Positions 47,437-59,079 of a DNA stretch of 64,000 bases are shown here, in pieces. Under the pieces are notes generated by a model. It did not search any database. It was not told the origin of the DNA and saw only the letters and a list, made by a program, of their open reading frames with translations. Each line of letters opens with the position of its first letter. The stretch's first letter is position 1. This stretch comes from Bryobacterales bacterium (GTDB lineage: Bacteria > Acidobacteriota > Terriglobia > Bryobacterales > UBA6623): NCBI GenBank assembly GCA_963422375.2, contig OY729427.2:576001-640000 (forward strand), given 5' to 3'. Position numbers and translations under genes: made by a program.

Positions 47437-48501
47437 CTAGCGGTTCAGGTAGCTCGGATCGTCGACGGCTGCCCCGGACTCGCCGGAGTCCGGGCTGGCG
47501 AGAGGGGCCTCCTCGGGCGCAGGGCCTACAGCCTCCGGCAGGGAGTCGAGGGGGATCCGGTGGACGCGGCCGTTCAGCGAGCCGAGGAAGGAGATCAAGT
47601 CGTCTTTCTCCGCGTCGGTCAGCCCGAGGGGCCGGATCTCCGCGACGCGCCCTTCCGGAGCGGACCCGCCGCGGTCGTAGTGGGCGATCACCTGGCGGAT
47701 GTTCATCATGCGACCGTTGTGCATGTAGGAATAGCGTCGCAGGCTGTCGCGCAGGCTCTGGGTCTTGTACTTGGTGCCCGCTTCCTCGTGTCCGTCGCGC
47801 TCCGGGACACCCGTGAAATGGAAGTCGTGGTCCGTCAGCAGCGGCCCGTGGTGGCACCGGATGCATTCCGCCTTGGAACGGAAGAGATCGAGGCCGCGCC
47901 GTTCGGACGGGGACAGGGCCATGTCGTCGCCGAGCAGGTAGCGGTCGAAGTCGCTGTCGTAGGAAACCAGCGTGCGCTCGAAGCTGGCGATCGCCTTCGC
48001 AACCAAGCCGAATGTGATGCTGTCTCCCGGAAAGGCACTCTCGAACAGACGACTGTAGAAGGGGTCGGAGCGGATGCGGGCGACGGCGTCCTCGGGGGCC
48101 AGCGCCATCTCGCGATGGTTCTCGAGCGGCTTGGACACCTGCTCCTCCAGGGACTTGACCCGGCCGTCGAAGAACATGCTCCGCTGCCAGCCGACGTTCA
48201 GCAGGCCTGGAGTCTTGCGTGACAGCTCGCTCTCGTCGAGGCCCCACGCGCGCGAGAGGCCGTCCGTGAAGTGCAGCTCGCGCTTGTGGCACGTCCCGCA
48301 GCTGCGCCGACGGTTCCCCGACATCACGGAATCGAAGAAGAGCTCCTCCCCGAGCCGGATCTTGGCGGGGGTGGGCGGGTTGTCGGCTGGGAACGGCGGC
48401 GCTCCTGTCAGGGGAGCGAGGAGTGGCGGCTGTCCGAGCTCCGCGGCCGTCAGGCCGACCGCCAGCAGGACCACGGATACGGACGCTCTCCACTGCTTCA
48501 C
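47437..48501 (-). CDS. Di-heme cytochrome c peroxidase / MauG family protein
   Basis: Signal peptide; [28 protein letters not shown]. Confidence 0.88.
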   Translation of the reverse strand: MKQWRASVSVVLLAVGLTAAELGQPPLLAPLTGAPPFPADNPPTPAKIRLGEELFFDSVMSGNRRRSCGTCHKRELHFTDGLSRAWGLDESELSRKTPGLLNVGWQRSMFFDGRVKSLEEQVSKPLENHREMALAPEDAVARIRSDPFYSRLFESAFPGDSITFGLVAKAIASFERTLVSYDSDFDRYLLGDDMALSPSERRGLDLFRSKAECIRCHHGPLLTDHDFHFTGVPERDGHEEAGTKYKTQSLRDSLRRYSYMHNGRMMNIRQVIAHYDRGGSAPEGRVAEIRPLGLTDAEKDDLISFLGSLNGRVHRIPLDSLPEAVGPAPEEAPLASPDSGESGAAVDDPSYLNR

Positions 48502-48840
48502 GCTGACATTCTAGCGTCAACCGCCGGTGGCGAGATCGTCGGCCTGTCTCGTCGCAGACGCGGGAAGACGGGACTGCCACGGCACGCTGCGCGCGAGCGC
48601 GGGCTGATGTCGGGGCAACGCCACCCAACGCGGGCATCGGCACCGAGTCGCACCCCGCGCGGCCGGCGAGACCGACCGATTCCGGGACGGCGGAATCGAG
48701 TGGACTACTCTGGGAGCTGTCAGAACGCTCGGAGAGCCCACGCGATAGCTGGGGCAATTCGAGGCGTTGTCCGTTGCCGGTCCCGTCGCGGCCGGACGGC
48801 GTGTGGGGTTCCGCTGGCTCTGCTGCGAGGAGGGAGGAGG

Positions 48841-50034
48841 ATGCGACGAATGCTGCTGGCGGTCACGCTGGCCGCAGGCGCTCTGGCCAGCTCCGAGCCC
48901 GTCGCCGCGGAGGAAGTAAAGGTCGGAATCGCCTTCGGCTTCACCGGGCCGATCGAGTCCCTTATCCCGCCGATGGCCGCCGCTGCCGAGCTGGCCATCA
49001 GCGAGGTCAGTTCGTCTGGGCTGCTCCTAGGGGGCTCGCGGGCGGTGGCCGTGCGGGCGGACACGACCTGCGTGGACTCGGCAGCTGCGAACGCGGCCGC
49101 CGAGCGCTTGGTGACAGCCGAAGGGGTCCGCGGCATCGTGGGTGCCGCCTGCTCGGGTGCCAGCGGCGCCATCCTGCAGAAGGTGGCCCGCCCGAATGGC
49201 GTCGTCATGATCTCCCCTTCCTCGACCTCGCCCGCGCTCTCGGCCGCGGAAGACGACGGCCTCTTCTTCCGAACCTCGCCCTCCGACGCGCGCCAGGCCA
49301 AGGTGATCACGGACGTGCTGACCGATCGCGGGATCAAGGCCGTCGCCCTGACCTACACGAATAACGATTACGGCAACGGCCTGGCCGACAGCTTCCGGGC
49401 GGCGTTCCGGGCCGCGGGCGGCGCGGTCACCGTCAGCTCCTCGCACGAGGACGGCAAGGGCGACTACTCGGCCGAGATCGCCACTCTCCACGCGGCAGGC
49501 GGCGACGCGCTGGTCGTCGCGGGATACATCGACCAGGGCGGCCTAGGTATCGTTCGCGGTGCGATCGACACCGACGCGTTCCGGACGTTCGCGCTGTGCG
49601 ACGGCATGATTGGCGAGTCGCTTGTCGCGAACATCGGGCCCGACCTCGACGGCTCCTTCGGCCAAGTGCCCGGGACGGACAGCCCCGGCGCGGCGCGGAT
49701 GGCCGAGCTGGGGCGAGCGAACGGATTCGAGGCCGACAGGCCGTTCGCCCCGGAAGCATACGACGCCGCGGCGCTCATCCTCCTGGCCATGCAGGCCGCC
49801 GGATCGTCGGACCCGGCGGACTACAAGGGGACCGTGCTCGACGTAGCCAACGCGCCGGGCGAGGAAATCTATCCCGGGGAACTCGCGAAGGCGCTGCGGA
49901 TCCTCGCGGCCGGGGGCGAGGTGAACTACGTTGGCGGATCCGCCGTGGAACTGATCGGGCCGGGGGAGTCGGCCGGCAACTATCGCGAGGTCGAGGTCCG
50001 GAACGGCAAGTTCGAGACAGTCCGCTACCGATAG
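48841..50034 (+). CDS. Branched-chain amino acid-type ABC transporter substrate-binding protein
   Basis: [47 protein letters not shown]. Confidence 0.9.
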   Translation: MRRMLLAVTLAAGALASSEPVAAEEVKVGIAFGFTGPIESLIPPMAAAAELAISEVSSSGLLLGGSRAVAVRADTTCVDSAAANAAAERLVTAEGVRGIVGAACSGASGAILQKVARPNGVVMISPSSTSPALSAAEDDGLFFRTSPSDARQAKVITDVLTDRGIKAVALTYTNNDYGNGLADSFRAAFRAAGGAVTVSSSHEDGKGDYSAEIATLHAAGGDALVVAGYIDQGGLGIVRGAIDTDAFRTFALCDGMIGESLVANIGPDLDGSFGQVPGTDSPGAARMAELGRANGFEADRPFAPEAYDAAALILLAMQAAGSSDPADYKGTVLDVANAPGEEIYPGELAKALRILAAGGEVNYVGGSAVELIGPGESAGNYREVEVRNGKFETVRYR

Positions 50035-50059
50035 CGGGGACTGGGAGTTCCGTCCGGCA

Positions 50060-50824
50060 ATGATCGTCGTCGACAACGTCCACAAGCATTTCGGAGGGAT
50101 CCGCGCCGTCGACGGCGTGTCGCTCGAATTCCCCTCCGGCACCATCACCGGACTGATCGGGCCGAACGGAGCGGGCAAGAGCACGCTCTTCGACGTGATC
50201 GCCGGAGCCTACCCGCCGACCTCGGGCGACGTCTACATGGATGGCGAGAACATCACGGCCGTCCCGGCGCACGAGCTGTTCCGCAAGGGACTGGCGCGAA
50301 CCTTCCAGATCGCCCGGGAGTTCCCCACCCTGACAGTGCGCGAGAACCTGATGGTCGTGCCAGCCTCGCAGGCCGGGGAGACACTCTGGAACACTTGGTT
50401 TCGCAGGGCGCGCATCGCGGAGGAGGAGCGCGCGATCGCGCGCCGGGCCGACGAGGTGATGGAGACCTTGACCATCGGGCACCTGGCCGACGAACCGGCC
50501 GCGAACCTGTCCGGCGGCCAGAAGAAACTGCTCGAGCTCGGCCGAACGATGATGGCCGAAGCCAAGGTCGTCTTCCTAGACGAGGTCGGAGCCGGCGTCA
50601 ACCGCACGCTGCTCGAGACCGTCAGCGACACGATCCGCCGGCTGCATCAGGAGCGGGGCTACACCTTCTGCCTGATCGAGCACGACATGAACTTTGTCTC
50701 CCGCATGTGCGAGCGCGTCATCGTGCTGGCCGAGGGAAAGGTGCTCGCGACGGGCACGGCGGACGACATCATGAGCAACGAGCAGGTCATCATGAAGTAC
50801 CTCGGAAGCGGCTTCGGCGCGTAG
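50060..50824 (+). CDS. ABC ATPase, LivG-like
   Basis: GPNGAGKST, RTFQ, LSGGQKKLLE, LDEVGAG, IEHDM. Confidence 0.92.
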   Translation: MIVVDNVHKHFGGIRAVDGVSLEFPSGTITGLIGPNGAGKSTLFDVIAGAYPPTSGDVYMDGENITAVPAHELFRKGLARTFQIAREFPTLTVRENLMVVPASQAGETLWNTWFRRARIAEEERAIARRADEVMETLTIGHLADEPAANLSGGQKKLLELGRTMMAEAKVVFLDEVGAGVNRTLLETVSDTIRRLHQERGYTFCLIEHDMNFVSRMCERVIVLAEGKVLATGTADDIMSNEQVIMKYLGSGFGA

Positions 50825-50836
50825 GCGGCCGCCACG

Positions 50837-51541
50837 ATGAGTCGCCTGGTCGGCCAGCACATGACCGGCGGCTACGGCGGTGCGGACATCCTCAATGACT
50901 GCACCGTGGCCGTCGAGCACGGCGAGATCGCGGTCATCGTGGGGCCGAACGGCGCGGGCAAGTCGACCGCGATGAAGGCGGTCTTCGGGATGGTCGGCTT
51001 GCGCAAGGGTACCGTGCGCATGGACGGCGAGGACATCACGCGCCTGCCGCCGCACGAGAGGGTGGCGAAGGGCATCGCCTACGTCCCGCAGACGGACAAC
51101 GTGTTCCCTTCCCTGACCGTCGAGGAGAACCTCGAGATGGGCGCCTTCCTGCGACGAGGCGGTTTCAGCGAGACCATGGAGCAGGTCTACGAGCTGTTCC
51201 CCGCGCTGAGAGACAAGCGCCGCCAGCCCGCCGGCGAGCTCTCCGGCGGCCAGCGGCAGCAGGTCGCGGTGGGCATCGGGCTGATGACGGGGCCCAAGGT
51301 GCTGATGCTCGACGAGCCGACCGCGGGGGTCTCGCCGAAGGTGCGCGACGAGCTCATCGTACGAGTGGTCGAGATCTCCCGCTCGGGAATCTCGATCCTG
51401 ATGGTCGAGCAGAACGCCCGGCAGGTGCTCGCCATCGCGGACAGGGGCTACGTCCTGTCGCAGGGCCGCAACCTGTTCAGCGGCTCCGGCGAGGTGCTGC
51501 TGCTCGACCGCGAGGTCCGCAAGTCGTTCCTCGGAGGATAG
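50837..51541 (+). CDS. ABC ATPase, LivF-like
   Basis: GPNGAGKST, LSGGQRQ, LDEPTAG, VEQNA. Confidence 0.92.
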   Translation: MSRLVGQHMTGGYGGADILNDCTVAVEHGEIAVIVGPNGAGKSTAMKAVFGMVGLRKGTVRMDGEDITRLPPHERVAKGIAYVPQTDNVFPSLTVEENLEMGAFLRRGGFSETMEQVYELFPALRDKRRQPAGELSGGQRQQVAVGIGLMTGPKVLMLDEPTAGVSPKVRDELIVRVVEISRSGISILMVEQNARQVLAIADRGYVLSQGRNLFSGSGEVLLLDREVRKSFLGG

Positions 51542-51544
51542 CCC

Positions 51545-52554
51545 GTGGATTTCGTCAACGGTCTCATCGTCCTCTGCAACTTCGTCATGGTGCCCGCGAC
51601 GGCATACGGCGGGCAGCTAGCCCTCGGGGCCCTCGGGCTGACTCTCATCCACAGGGTGCTCCGGTTCCAGCATTTCGCCCACGGCGACATGATGGCCTTC
51701 GGCACGATGGTCACGATTCTGGTCACGTGGGTTCTGCAGGGAGCGGGCGTCACGGTCGGGCCGCTGCCGACGGCTCTGCTGGCACTGCCCGCGGGCATTG
51801 GGGCGACGGCGCTCCTTGCGCTCGGGGCGGACCGCGCAGTCTACCGGTTCTACCGCAGACGGAAGGCGTCCCCGATCCTGATGGTCGTGGTGTCCGCCGG
51901 CGTGATGTTCGTGCTCAACGGCCTCGTGCGCCTCGTCATCGGGCCGGGCGACCGGCGCTTCGCCGACGGCGAGCGGTTCATCGTCCGGGCGCGCGAGTTC
52001 AAGGAGATGACGGGGCTTCCCGAAGGGATCACCGTCAGCGTTCCGCAGGTTCTCACGCTGGCCGCGACGATCACCGCCCTCGCGGGGCTGCACTGGTTCC
52101 TCGCCCGCACGCGCACGGGCAAGTCGATGCGGGCCTACGCCGACAACCCCGATCTGGCGTTCGCCTCCGGCATCGATTCCGAGCGGGTGGTGATGGTCGT
52201 GTGGGTGATCGCGGCGGGCCTCGCCACGCTGGCGGGCGTCCTGTACGGCCTCGACAAGAGCTTCAAGCCGCTCACCTACTTCAGTTGATGCTGCCGATGT
52301 TCGCGGCGGCCATCGTAGGCGGACTCGGCAATCCGCTGGGCGCGGTCAGCGGCGGATTCGTGATCGCCTTCTCCGAGGTGTCGATCACGTATGCCTTCAA
52401 GCGAGTGGCCGGCTACCTCCTGCCGGAAAGCCTGGAACCCGAGGGCCTCGTGCAGTTGCTCTCGACCGACTACAAGCTAGCGGTCTCGTTCTCGCTCCTG
52501 GTCGTCATCCTGCTCGTCCGCCCGACCGGCATCTTCAAGGGCCATGCGGCGTAG
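51545..52554 (+). pseudogene. ABC permease, LivH-like, with a single-base frameshift near 52282
   Basis: FAHGDMM, GKSMRA; ends KPLTYFS* at 52288 while QLMLPMFAAAIVGGLG...RPTGIF continues in another frame to 52554. Confidence 0.8.
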
Positions 52555-52647
52555 TCCCGGCTCAGATCGCGGCGCGCCGCGACCGGACCAGCCCGGGCGC
52601 TCCGCTACGGAGCCGCGAGCGACCGCTGCGACGAGACGGCAAGCACG

Positions 52648-53946
52648 ATGAAGACCAACAGCACTCTCCTGTTCGCGGCCCTGCTGGCGCTGCTGGTGCT
52701 GGTGGCCTTTGCCCAGAGCGCGTCCGTTGCGCTGGTCATTCTCAACATGTGCCTGATCTCCGCGATCATGGCGCTTGGCGTCAACATCCAGTGGGGCTAT
52801 GCGGGCCTGTCGAACTACGGCACGGTGGGCTTCGTGGCTCTGGGCGGGGTAGCAGCGGCGCTCGTCTCGATGCCGCCGGTGGCGGAGGCCTGGGCAGCCG
52901 GGGGCCTGCGGGTCGCGGCAGCCCTGGCGCTTGGAGCGGCCGCGATCGCTCTGGCGCTGCAGCTGCACCGGCGTCTCGGGCCGGCGCGGGTGCGGACGCT
53001 GGCGGTGGCGGGCACGCTGGCCGCGGGATTCATCGTTTTCCGGCTCGTCTTCGATCCCGCCGCGGAGGCCATCGAGTCGGTCAACCCCGCGAGCGAGGGC
53101 TACATGGGCGGGCTCGGCCTGCCGGTGCTGCTCTCCTGGCCGGTCGGAGGCCTCCTCGCGGCGGGCGCGGCATGGCTCATCGGCAGGACCGCGCTGGGCC
53201 TGCGCTCGGACTACCTGGCGATCGCGACGCTGTGCATCTCGGAAATCGTCGTCATCGCGATCAAGAACGAGGATTGGCTTACGCGCGGCGCGCGGAACAT
53301 CATCGGCATCCCGCGGCCCGTAGCCCACGAGGTCGACCTGCAGAAGTCGGAGAGCTTCCTCGAATGGGCCGAGCGCCTCGGCATGGACGCGGCCGAGCTG
53401 TCCTCCGTGTACGTGAAATCGTCGTACGCGCTACTCTTCGCGACCGTGCTCCTGGCGCTGCTCTGGCTGTCCCAGAGAGCGCTGGCATCCCCCTGGGGCC
53501 GCATGATGCGGGCCATTCGGGAAAACGAGCTGGCCGCGGGCGCCTTCGGGAAGCACGTCGCAGCCCGGCACCTGCAGGCGTTCGTTCTCGGCTCGGCGGT
53601 CTGCGGCCTCGCGGGGGCGATGATGACGACCCTCGACGGCCAGTTCACGCCGGGGGCGTACGAGCCGCTGCGCCTCACGTTCCTGATCTGGGTGATGGTG
53701 ATCGTCGGCGGCTCGGGGAACAACCTGGGCTCGACCCTCGGCGGCATGCTGATCTGGTTCCTGTGGGTGGAGGTAGAACCCGCGGGCCAGTGGCTCATGC
53801 AGGCGCTCGCGTCCGGCCTGCCCGAGGACAGCGGCATGCGCGCCCGGATGCTGGAAAACGCCGCCAACATGCGGCAGATGGTAATGGGCGCGGTCCTGCT
53901 GCTCGTCCTAAGGTTCCGGCCGCGCGGCCTGATTCCCGAGCGGTAA
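52648..53946 (+). CDS. ABC permease, LivM-like
   Basis: NIQWGYAGL, LRSDYLAIATL, SPWGRMMRAIRENE, VGGSGN. Confidence 0.92.
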   Translation: MKTNSTLLFAALLALLVLVAFAQSASVALVILNMCLISAIMALGVNIQWGYAGLSNYGTVGFVALGGVAAALVSMPPVAEAWAAGGLRVAAALALGAAAIALALQLHRRLGPARVRTLAVAGTLAAGFIVFRLVFDPAAEAIESVNPASEGYMGGLGLPVLLSWPVGGLLAAGAAWLIGRTALGLRSDYLAIATLCISEIVVIAIKNEDWLTRGARNIIGIPRPVAHEVDLQKSESFLEWAERLGMDAAELSSVYVKSSYALLFATVLLALLWLSQRALASPWGRMMRAIRENELAAGAFGKHVAARHLQAFVLGSAVCGLAGAMMTTLDGQFTPGAYEPLRLTFLIWVMVIVGGSGNNLGSTLGGMLIWFLWVEVEPAGQWLMQALASGLPEDSGMRARMLENAANMRQMVMGAVLLLVLRFRPRGLIPER

Positions 53947-54014
53947 CGCGGACCCGAGCGCGGCACGGCTGATTCATAGAGATTCCTAGCGTTCTGGTGT
54001 CGATGGCCTACGTA

Positions 54015-54269
54015 GTGCTTGTGACAAGACTCCTGAATACTGGCCCAATCAGCATTTCATACTACATACCGGGGAGAGATGGATCTCCAAGCACAACATA
54101 TAGGTCCCAAAGTCGGAAATTGCTCAGACGCCAATCGCGAAGATTTCCGCGCTCTACCCAGAATCGCCAGGATCTCGGATTAGTCGTAGGATTCCAGCGC
54201 AATCCTCGCCTTGAGAGATTGGACCTAACACCTTTTCTGCCAAGGGGATACGAGTTTTCTCACGGGCAC
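54015..54269. mobile_element. MITE copy 2 (255 bp)
   Basis: Ends GTGCTTGTGACAAGACTC / GAGTTTTCTCACGGGCAC; flanks TACGTA / TAAGTA; full-length inverse similarity to 40147-40411. Confidence 0.85.
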
Positions 54270-54354
54270 TAAGTAGGGTGTGCTTCGTCCTAGCCTTAGG
54301 GTCCGGCAAACGAGCAGTTAGGGGGTAGGCTGGCTTTCTTGGCGGGAATCGTGT

Positions 54355-56150
54355 ATGCCCGGAGCCATGGCAATCATTGCTGCAGCCTATGTGCTTGCCG
54401 TTCGGAAAAACCCGGGCTTCCGCTTGGAGGAGGTGGTCGTGTGCCTCATTCAGCCCGAGGAGCGGCTGGAGCGGGACCGGCGAACGGAGGCCGGACACTA
54501 CCTGGGCTTCCAGCACTTCGCAGGCCGCGGGCTGCGCTACCTCTCCGAGTGGCGCGGGCAGTCGCTGGCCCCGCTGGGCTGGCAGACCGGCGTGTTCCAG
54601 TGCGCGCCGCGCGACCAGTGGATTGGCTGGCACCGCGCGGTGCGAATGCTCCGCCTGCATCTGATCGGCAAGAACACGCGCTTCCCGGTGCTGGCCGCGG
54701 GCAAGGGCCTGAAGAACCCCGGCTCGTTCGTGCCCCGGGGCCAACCTGCGGCGCCTCGGCGCGGACCGGGAGCTTCCGCTGCCGCTAGCCGAGACCCTCG
54801 TGAGGCCGAGCGCGTACCGCGGCACGGTGTACCTAGCGGCGAACTGGATTCCGGTGGGGCTGTCCCAGGGCTACGCGCGCTCGAACGGCAAGTACGCCGC
54901 CAAGCACGGGGAACGCAAGCGCATGCCGGTGTACCCGCTGCAAGACGGCGCGCAGGAACTGCTGCCGGACCCGCGGGCCCGCCCGGAATGGTCCCGCGGG
55001 GCGGTGCAGGTGCAGTACGAGCTTCCCGAGCTGCGCTCGCTGCGGGAATCGCGGGACGAGCTTGAGGACCCGCGCAGCGTGCGCGTCCTGCGGCTTCCGC
55101 TGGGTGCCGCGGTGGCGTTGCCGGCGCTGGCAAGGCTCGCCGGGCACAGCGGCGGGCGGGCCGCCGACAGGCTCGCCAAAGCCTTGACGCAAAAGGAGTT
55201 GCGTCTCCTAGGATGCCGCTTCCGGCGCGACCGCGGGCGCTACTAGGCGCCCTCGGACACGACCCTCCAGAGCATCATGGAGCGGCTCGCGCCGGGGGAG
55301 CTGGAGCGCGTCGTCCAGCGCTGGACGCAGCCGCGCTGCAAGCGTCCCGAGGCCGTGGCCGCGGACGGCAAGCGCATCCGCGGGACCAACCGCCTCACCC
55401 CGGAAGGCACGCATTGCGAGACGGTCACGCTGGCGGACTACGCGACCGGCATCCCGCTGGCTAGCCGGGGCCGCTGCAAGGAGGGCGGCGAGCCGGCGAC
55501 GATGCGGGGGCTGCTGGAGGAGATTGACGTGCGCGGGCCGGTGGTGACCTTGGACGCGGGGCCCGCCGGGCTCGCTGCGGAGGCCGCCCTGGCGGACCGG
55601 CGCGGCGCGGACTGGCTGCAGATGATCCAAGGTAACTGCAAGGCCACGCTGGCACGGCTGGTGGCCGGGGGTTGGTCGCGGGGGCGCCGCTACGTGCAGC
55701 GCTGGAGGCGCTCGCGCGGGCGCTGGGAGAAGCGCGTGATCGAGGTCGTGCACCTGGAGCCCGGGGAGCTGGCGCTCCGGCACGCACGCCAGGCGATCCG
55801 CGTGACGCACCGCACGCGTGAGGCCAAGGACAGCCCGGTGACCGAGGAGGTGCTCCACGGCATCATGTCGCTGACGCGCGCGCTGGCCGGGGCGCGGCGC
55901 CTGCTGACGCTGCAGCGCGGACGCCGGGCGGCGGAGAACGCGAACCGCTTCTCGCGCGACGCGGTCTTCCGCGAGGACGCCGGCCGCATCCGCACCGGCA
56001 ACGGGCCCTTGGCGAACGCGGCGCCGAGCCACCTCGCGCTGGCGATCGCGCGCCGCCGGGGCAAGGAATTCGACACGGTGCCGCAGGCGCGGATCCACTT
56101 CGCCGTGCGGCGCGAGGACGCCTTGGCGGCGATCCTGCGGCCGACCCGAA
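54355..56150 (+). pseudogene. ISAs1-family transposase with N-terminal DUF4338 domain, degenerate
   Basis: HYLG...LRY...RDQWIGW...NTRF and GTVYLAANW (DUF4338); EDPR, APSDTT, AADGKRIRG, VVTLDA, RGRWEKR, RDAVFRED..RIRTGNGP (ISAs1); frameshift near 54790 and stop at 55244-55246. Confidence 0.8.
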
Positions 56151-56439
56151 CCACCGGCCGCCGACCTGACATCGCAGCGCGCGGGGCGGCCGGCCGTAGC
56201 TTGGAACGCCGGCCCGGCGGGTCCCGCAGCAAGGGACCGGGCGGGGAAACGGCCGGTTCGCGCTTGCTGCCGGGAGAGCCTGCCCGGGCCCGAAGGACGG
56301 GCCGCTACCGGAGGCGGTGCACATCTTCCCGCGCAGACTCGGCCGCTGCGCGGGTCCAAGCGCCCACTCGCCCTCGCACACGACCCGCTTGGCGTAGACC
56401 CACGGACGAGAAGGAACCAACCCTGCCGAGCGGGGACGC

Positions 56440-57003
56440 CTAGACCGGCTGCTGCGTCTGCGCGACCATCACGCGCTGCTTGAAATCCTCCAGCATCGAC
56501 TCGTCGAGGCGGACCTGCGTCGGGCGGCGCTCCAATGTCGTCATGCGGTCGATCTTGTCCTGGAGCTTCATCAGGGCGTAGAACAGGTTCTCCGGGCGCG
56601 GAGGACAGCCCGTCACGTAGATGTCGACTGGGACGATCTTGTCCACGCCCTGCAGGACGCCGTAGGTGTTGAAGGGACCCCCGACCGAGGAGCAGGCGCC
56701 CATCGAAATGCACCACTTGGGCTCTGGCATCTGATCCCAGATCCGCTTCAGCACGGGCGCCATCTTCAGCGTCACCGTCCCGGCGACGATCATTAGGTCG
56801 GACTGCCGCGGGCTCGGGCGGAAAACCTCCGCGCCGAAGCGGGCGATGTCGAAGCGCGACGTGGAGGACGCGATCATCTCGATCGCGCAGCAAGCCAGCC
56901 CGAACGTCAGCGGCCAGATGGCCGACTTCCGCGCCCAGTTGAAAACGTAATCAACCGAGGTCGTCATGAAGTTCCGTTCAAACTGGTTCTGCAGGTAGGG
57001 CAT
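56440..57003 (-). CDS. nuoB: NADH-quinone oxidoreductase subunit B
   Basis: [35 protein letters not shown]. Confidence 0.96.
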   Translation of the reverse strand: MPYLQNQFERNFMTTSVDYVFNWARKSAIWPLTFGLACCAIEMIASSTSRFDIARFGAEVFRPSPRQSDLMIVAGTVTLKMAPVLKRIWDQMPEPKWCISMGACSSVGGPFNTYGVLQGVDKIVPVDIYVTGCPPRPENLFYALMKLQDKIDRMTTLERRPTQVRLDESMLEDFKQRVMVAQTQQPV

Positions 57004-57706
57004 GAACGCTCCGCACGCCCTTCATTATACCGCCGGGGCCGGTCCTGGCACCCATTCCGCCCCAAGCGGGCTCCGGGCGGCCTGCGTCGGCCTAGCGCTG
57101 GCCGCTGGGGCCGCCTGCGACATCCCGCGCTTCTCGATGCCGGTCCCGCCCGTGTTCGAGACGTACGGCCCGCCCGCCGTCATCGCGGAGACCGATGGCT
57201 CCGGACGAGTCACCAGCGCCCGCACGGTGCCGACCGTGATCCGCAACGACGCCGGCTGGCGGCAGGCCCTTCCGCGCGGGAGCTACCCGATAGCTCGCGG
57301 CGGTGACACCGAGCTGGGGTTCAGCGGCCGCTACCACGACTTCGACCAGCGCGGCGTGTACCGCTGCGTCGGATGCCGGACCGCGCTGTTCCGCTCGGCG
57401 GACAAACGCGCATCGGCGGACGGCTGGCCCAGCTTCTCGCGAACGGTCGCAGCGTCCAACGTCGCCGTCTACTGGGACACCTCGTGGGGCCTGCGGCGGC
57501 GCGCCGTGCGCTGCGCCCGCTGCTCGTCTCACATCGGGCACGTCTTCGGCGATGGTCCGCCGCCGTCACGGCGGCGCTACTGCGTCAATTCAGCGTCGCT
57601 CGAGTTCGTCGCGTCCGGAACCCGACCGGGCAAGCCGCGTCAGGCCAGGACCTCGCCCACCACGCGGCCGTACACGTCCGTCAGCCGGAAGTCGCGGCCG
57701 CTGTAG
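57002..57706 (+). CDS. msrB: Peptide-methionine (R)-S-oxide reductase, probably exported
   Basis: [35 protein letters not shown]; hydrophobic LALAAGAAC leader; start uncertain. Confidence 0.85.
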   Translation: MNAPHALHYTAGAGPGTHSAPSGLRAACVGLALAAGAACDIPRFSMPVPPVFETYGPPAVIAETDGSGRVTSARTVPTVIRNDAGWRQALPRGSYPIARGGDTELGFSGRYHDFDQRGVYRCVGCRTALFRSADKRASADGWPSFSRTVAASNVAVYWDTSWGLRRRAVRCARCSSHIGHVFGDGPPPSRRRYCVNSASLEFVASGTRPGKPRQARTSPTTRPYTSVSRKSRPL

Positions 57707-59058
57707 CGATAGGTGAGGCGCTCGTGGTCCAGCCCGAGCAGGTGCAGGATCGTCGCGTGCAGGTCATGCACGTGGACCTTGTCCTCGACGGCGCGGTACC
57801 CGAACTCGTCCAGCTCCCCGAAGGTCATGCCGCCCCGGACGCCGCCGCCTGCCAGCCAGGCGCAGAAGCCGTACGGATTGTGACCGCGCCCGAACGTGCT
57901 CCGATCGCCCGCACCGTCCTGCAGGTCCTGGTAGTGGGGCGTGCGCCCGAACTCCCCGGACCACACCAGAAGAGTGTCGTCGAACAGGCCGCGCTGCTTC
58001 AGATCCCGGATCAGAGCGGAGATCGGCCGGTCGACCGACCGGCAGCGCTCGGGATGGGCCTTTAGGATGTTGGCGTGGCTGTCCCAGCCGTTCGAGGTGA
58101 TCTGGACGAAACGGACGCCGGCCTCGGCGAACCGTCGCGCCAGCAGGCACTGCCTTCCGAAGTCATCGGTCGGCTTGCTGCCGATCCCGTACATGTCGAG
58201 GGTGGACTTGGACTCGCCTGACAGGTCGACCAGCGACGGCACTTCCGCCTGCATGCGAAACGCCAGCTCGAACGACTCGATGACGCCCTCGAGCCCGCGG
58301 TCGGCCCGATGCCGCTCCAGATGGGCCCGGTTCATCTCCTGGATCAAGTCGAGCTGCCGGCGCTGGGCCGCGGGCTCGATCGACGGATCGTCCAGGTAGC
58401 CGATCGTGGCCTTCCTCGACCCGACCGCGGAGTTGCCGAGCGCGGTCCCTTGGTACACCGCCGGAAGGAACGCGTTGCCGTAGAGCTGCACGCTCCCGCC
58501 GTCGCCTGAAATGTTGGGCGCGATCGTCACGAACGCCGGCAGGCTCCGGTTCTCCGTGCCGAGGCCGTAGGCCACCCACGAGCCGATCGAGGGCCGCACG
58601 AGCTGCGTGGCGCCGGTGTGCAGCTGCCGCACCGCGGGCGCGTGGGCCTCGCTGTCGGCCACCATCGCCTTGAGGACGCACAGGTCGTCGACATGGCGGC
58701 TCAGGTGCGGCAGCAGGTCGGAAACCTGAATGCCCGACTGGCCGGCAGGCGCGAACTTCGCGATCGGCGCCATCAGCCTGGAATAGGCCACGCCGGGCAT
58801 CGCCCGGTTCGAGGGCATCGAGTAGGGGAGAGGCTCGCCGTCGCGCCGCGCCAGCGCGGGCTTGTAGTCGAACAGGTCGACCTGCGACGGACCGCCCTGC
58901 ATCCACAGGAAGATCACGCGCTTGGCCCGCGGCTCGTGATGGGGCGCCTTGGGAGCGAGCGGGCCGGGCTTGGCCTGGGCCCGCTCCGCCAGCATCGCCC
59001 GCAGCGCCACCATGCCGAGACCGCACCCCGTGGCTCGCAACAGTTCGCGCCGATTCAT
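57640..59058 (-). CDS. DUF1501 domain protein (Tat-like leader)
   Basis: MNRRELL, AKRVIFLWMQGGPSQVDLFDYKP, GWDSH, GEFGRTP, HDLHATILHLLG. Confidence 0.92.
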   Translation of the reverse strand: MNRRELLRATGCGLGMVALRAMLAERAQAKPGPLAPKAPHHEPRAKRVIFLWMQGGPSQVDLFDYKPALARRDGEPLPYSMPSNRAMPGVAYSRLMAPIAKFAPAGQSGIQVSDLLPHLSRHVDDLCVLKAMVADSEAHAPAVRQLHTGATQLVRPSIGSWVAYGLGTENRSLPAFVTIAPNISGDGGSVQLYGNAFLPAVYQGTALGNSAVGSRKATIGYLDDPSIEPAAQRRQLDLIQEMNRAHLERHRADRGLEGVIESFELAFRMQAEVPSLVDLSGESKSTLDMYGIGSKPTDDFGRQCLLARRFAEAGVRFVQITSNGWDSHANILKAHPERCRSVDRPISALIRDLKQRGLFDDTLLVWSGEFGRTPHYQDLQDGAGDRSTFGRGHNPYGFCAWLAGGGVRGGMTFGELDEFGYRAVEDKVHVHDLHATILHLLGLDHERLTYRYSGRDFRLTDVYGRVVGEVLA

Positions 59059-59079
59059 GATTGCCTCTCTCCTCTCGGG

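Noticed and set aside
46850..48757. 635-aa Maf fusion protein
   Set aside because: The N-terminal extension is an alternative frame over the cytochrome c peroxidase gene; Maf starts near 47416
54355..55065. Druantia anti-phage system
   Set aside because: Only a DUF4338 domain attached to a transposase; no DruE helicase or other dru genes
54290..56285. Terminal inverted repeats of the ISAs1-type element
   Set aside because: Only a weak partial match (TAGGGTCCGGCA versus TGCCGGGAGAGCCTG) and no TSD; ends not supportable
57002..57706. MsrB as a selenoprotein
   Set aside because: The catalytic RYCVNS uses a Cys codon; no in-frame TGA
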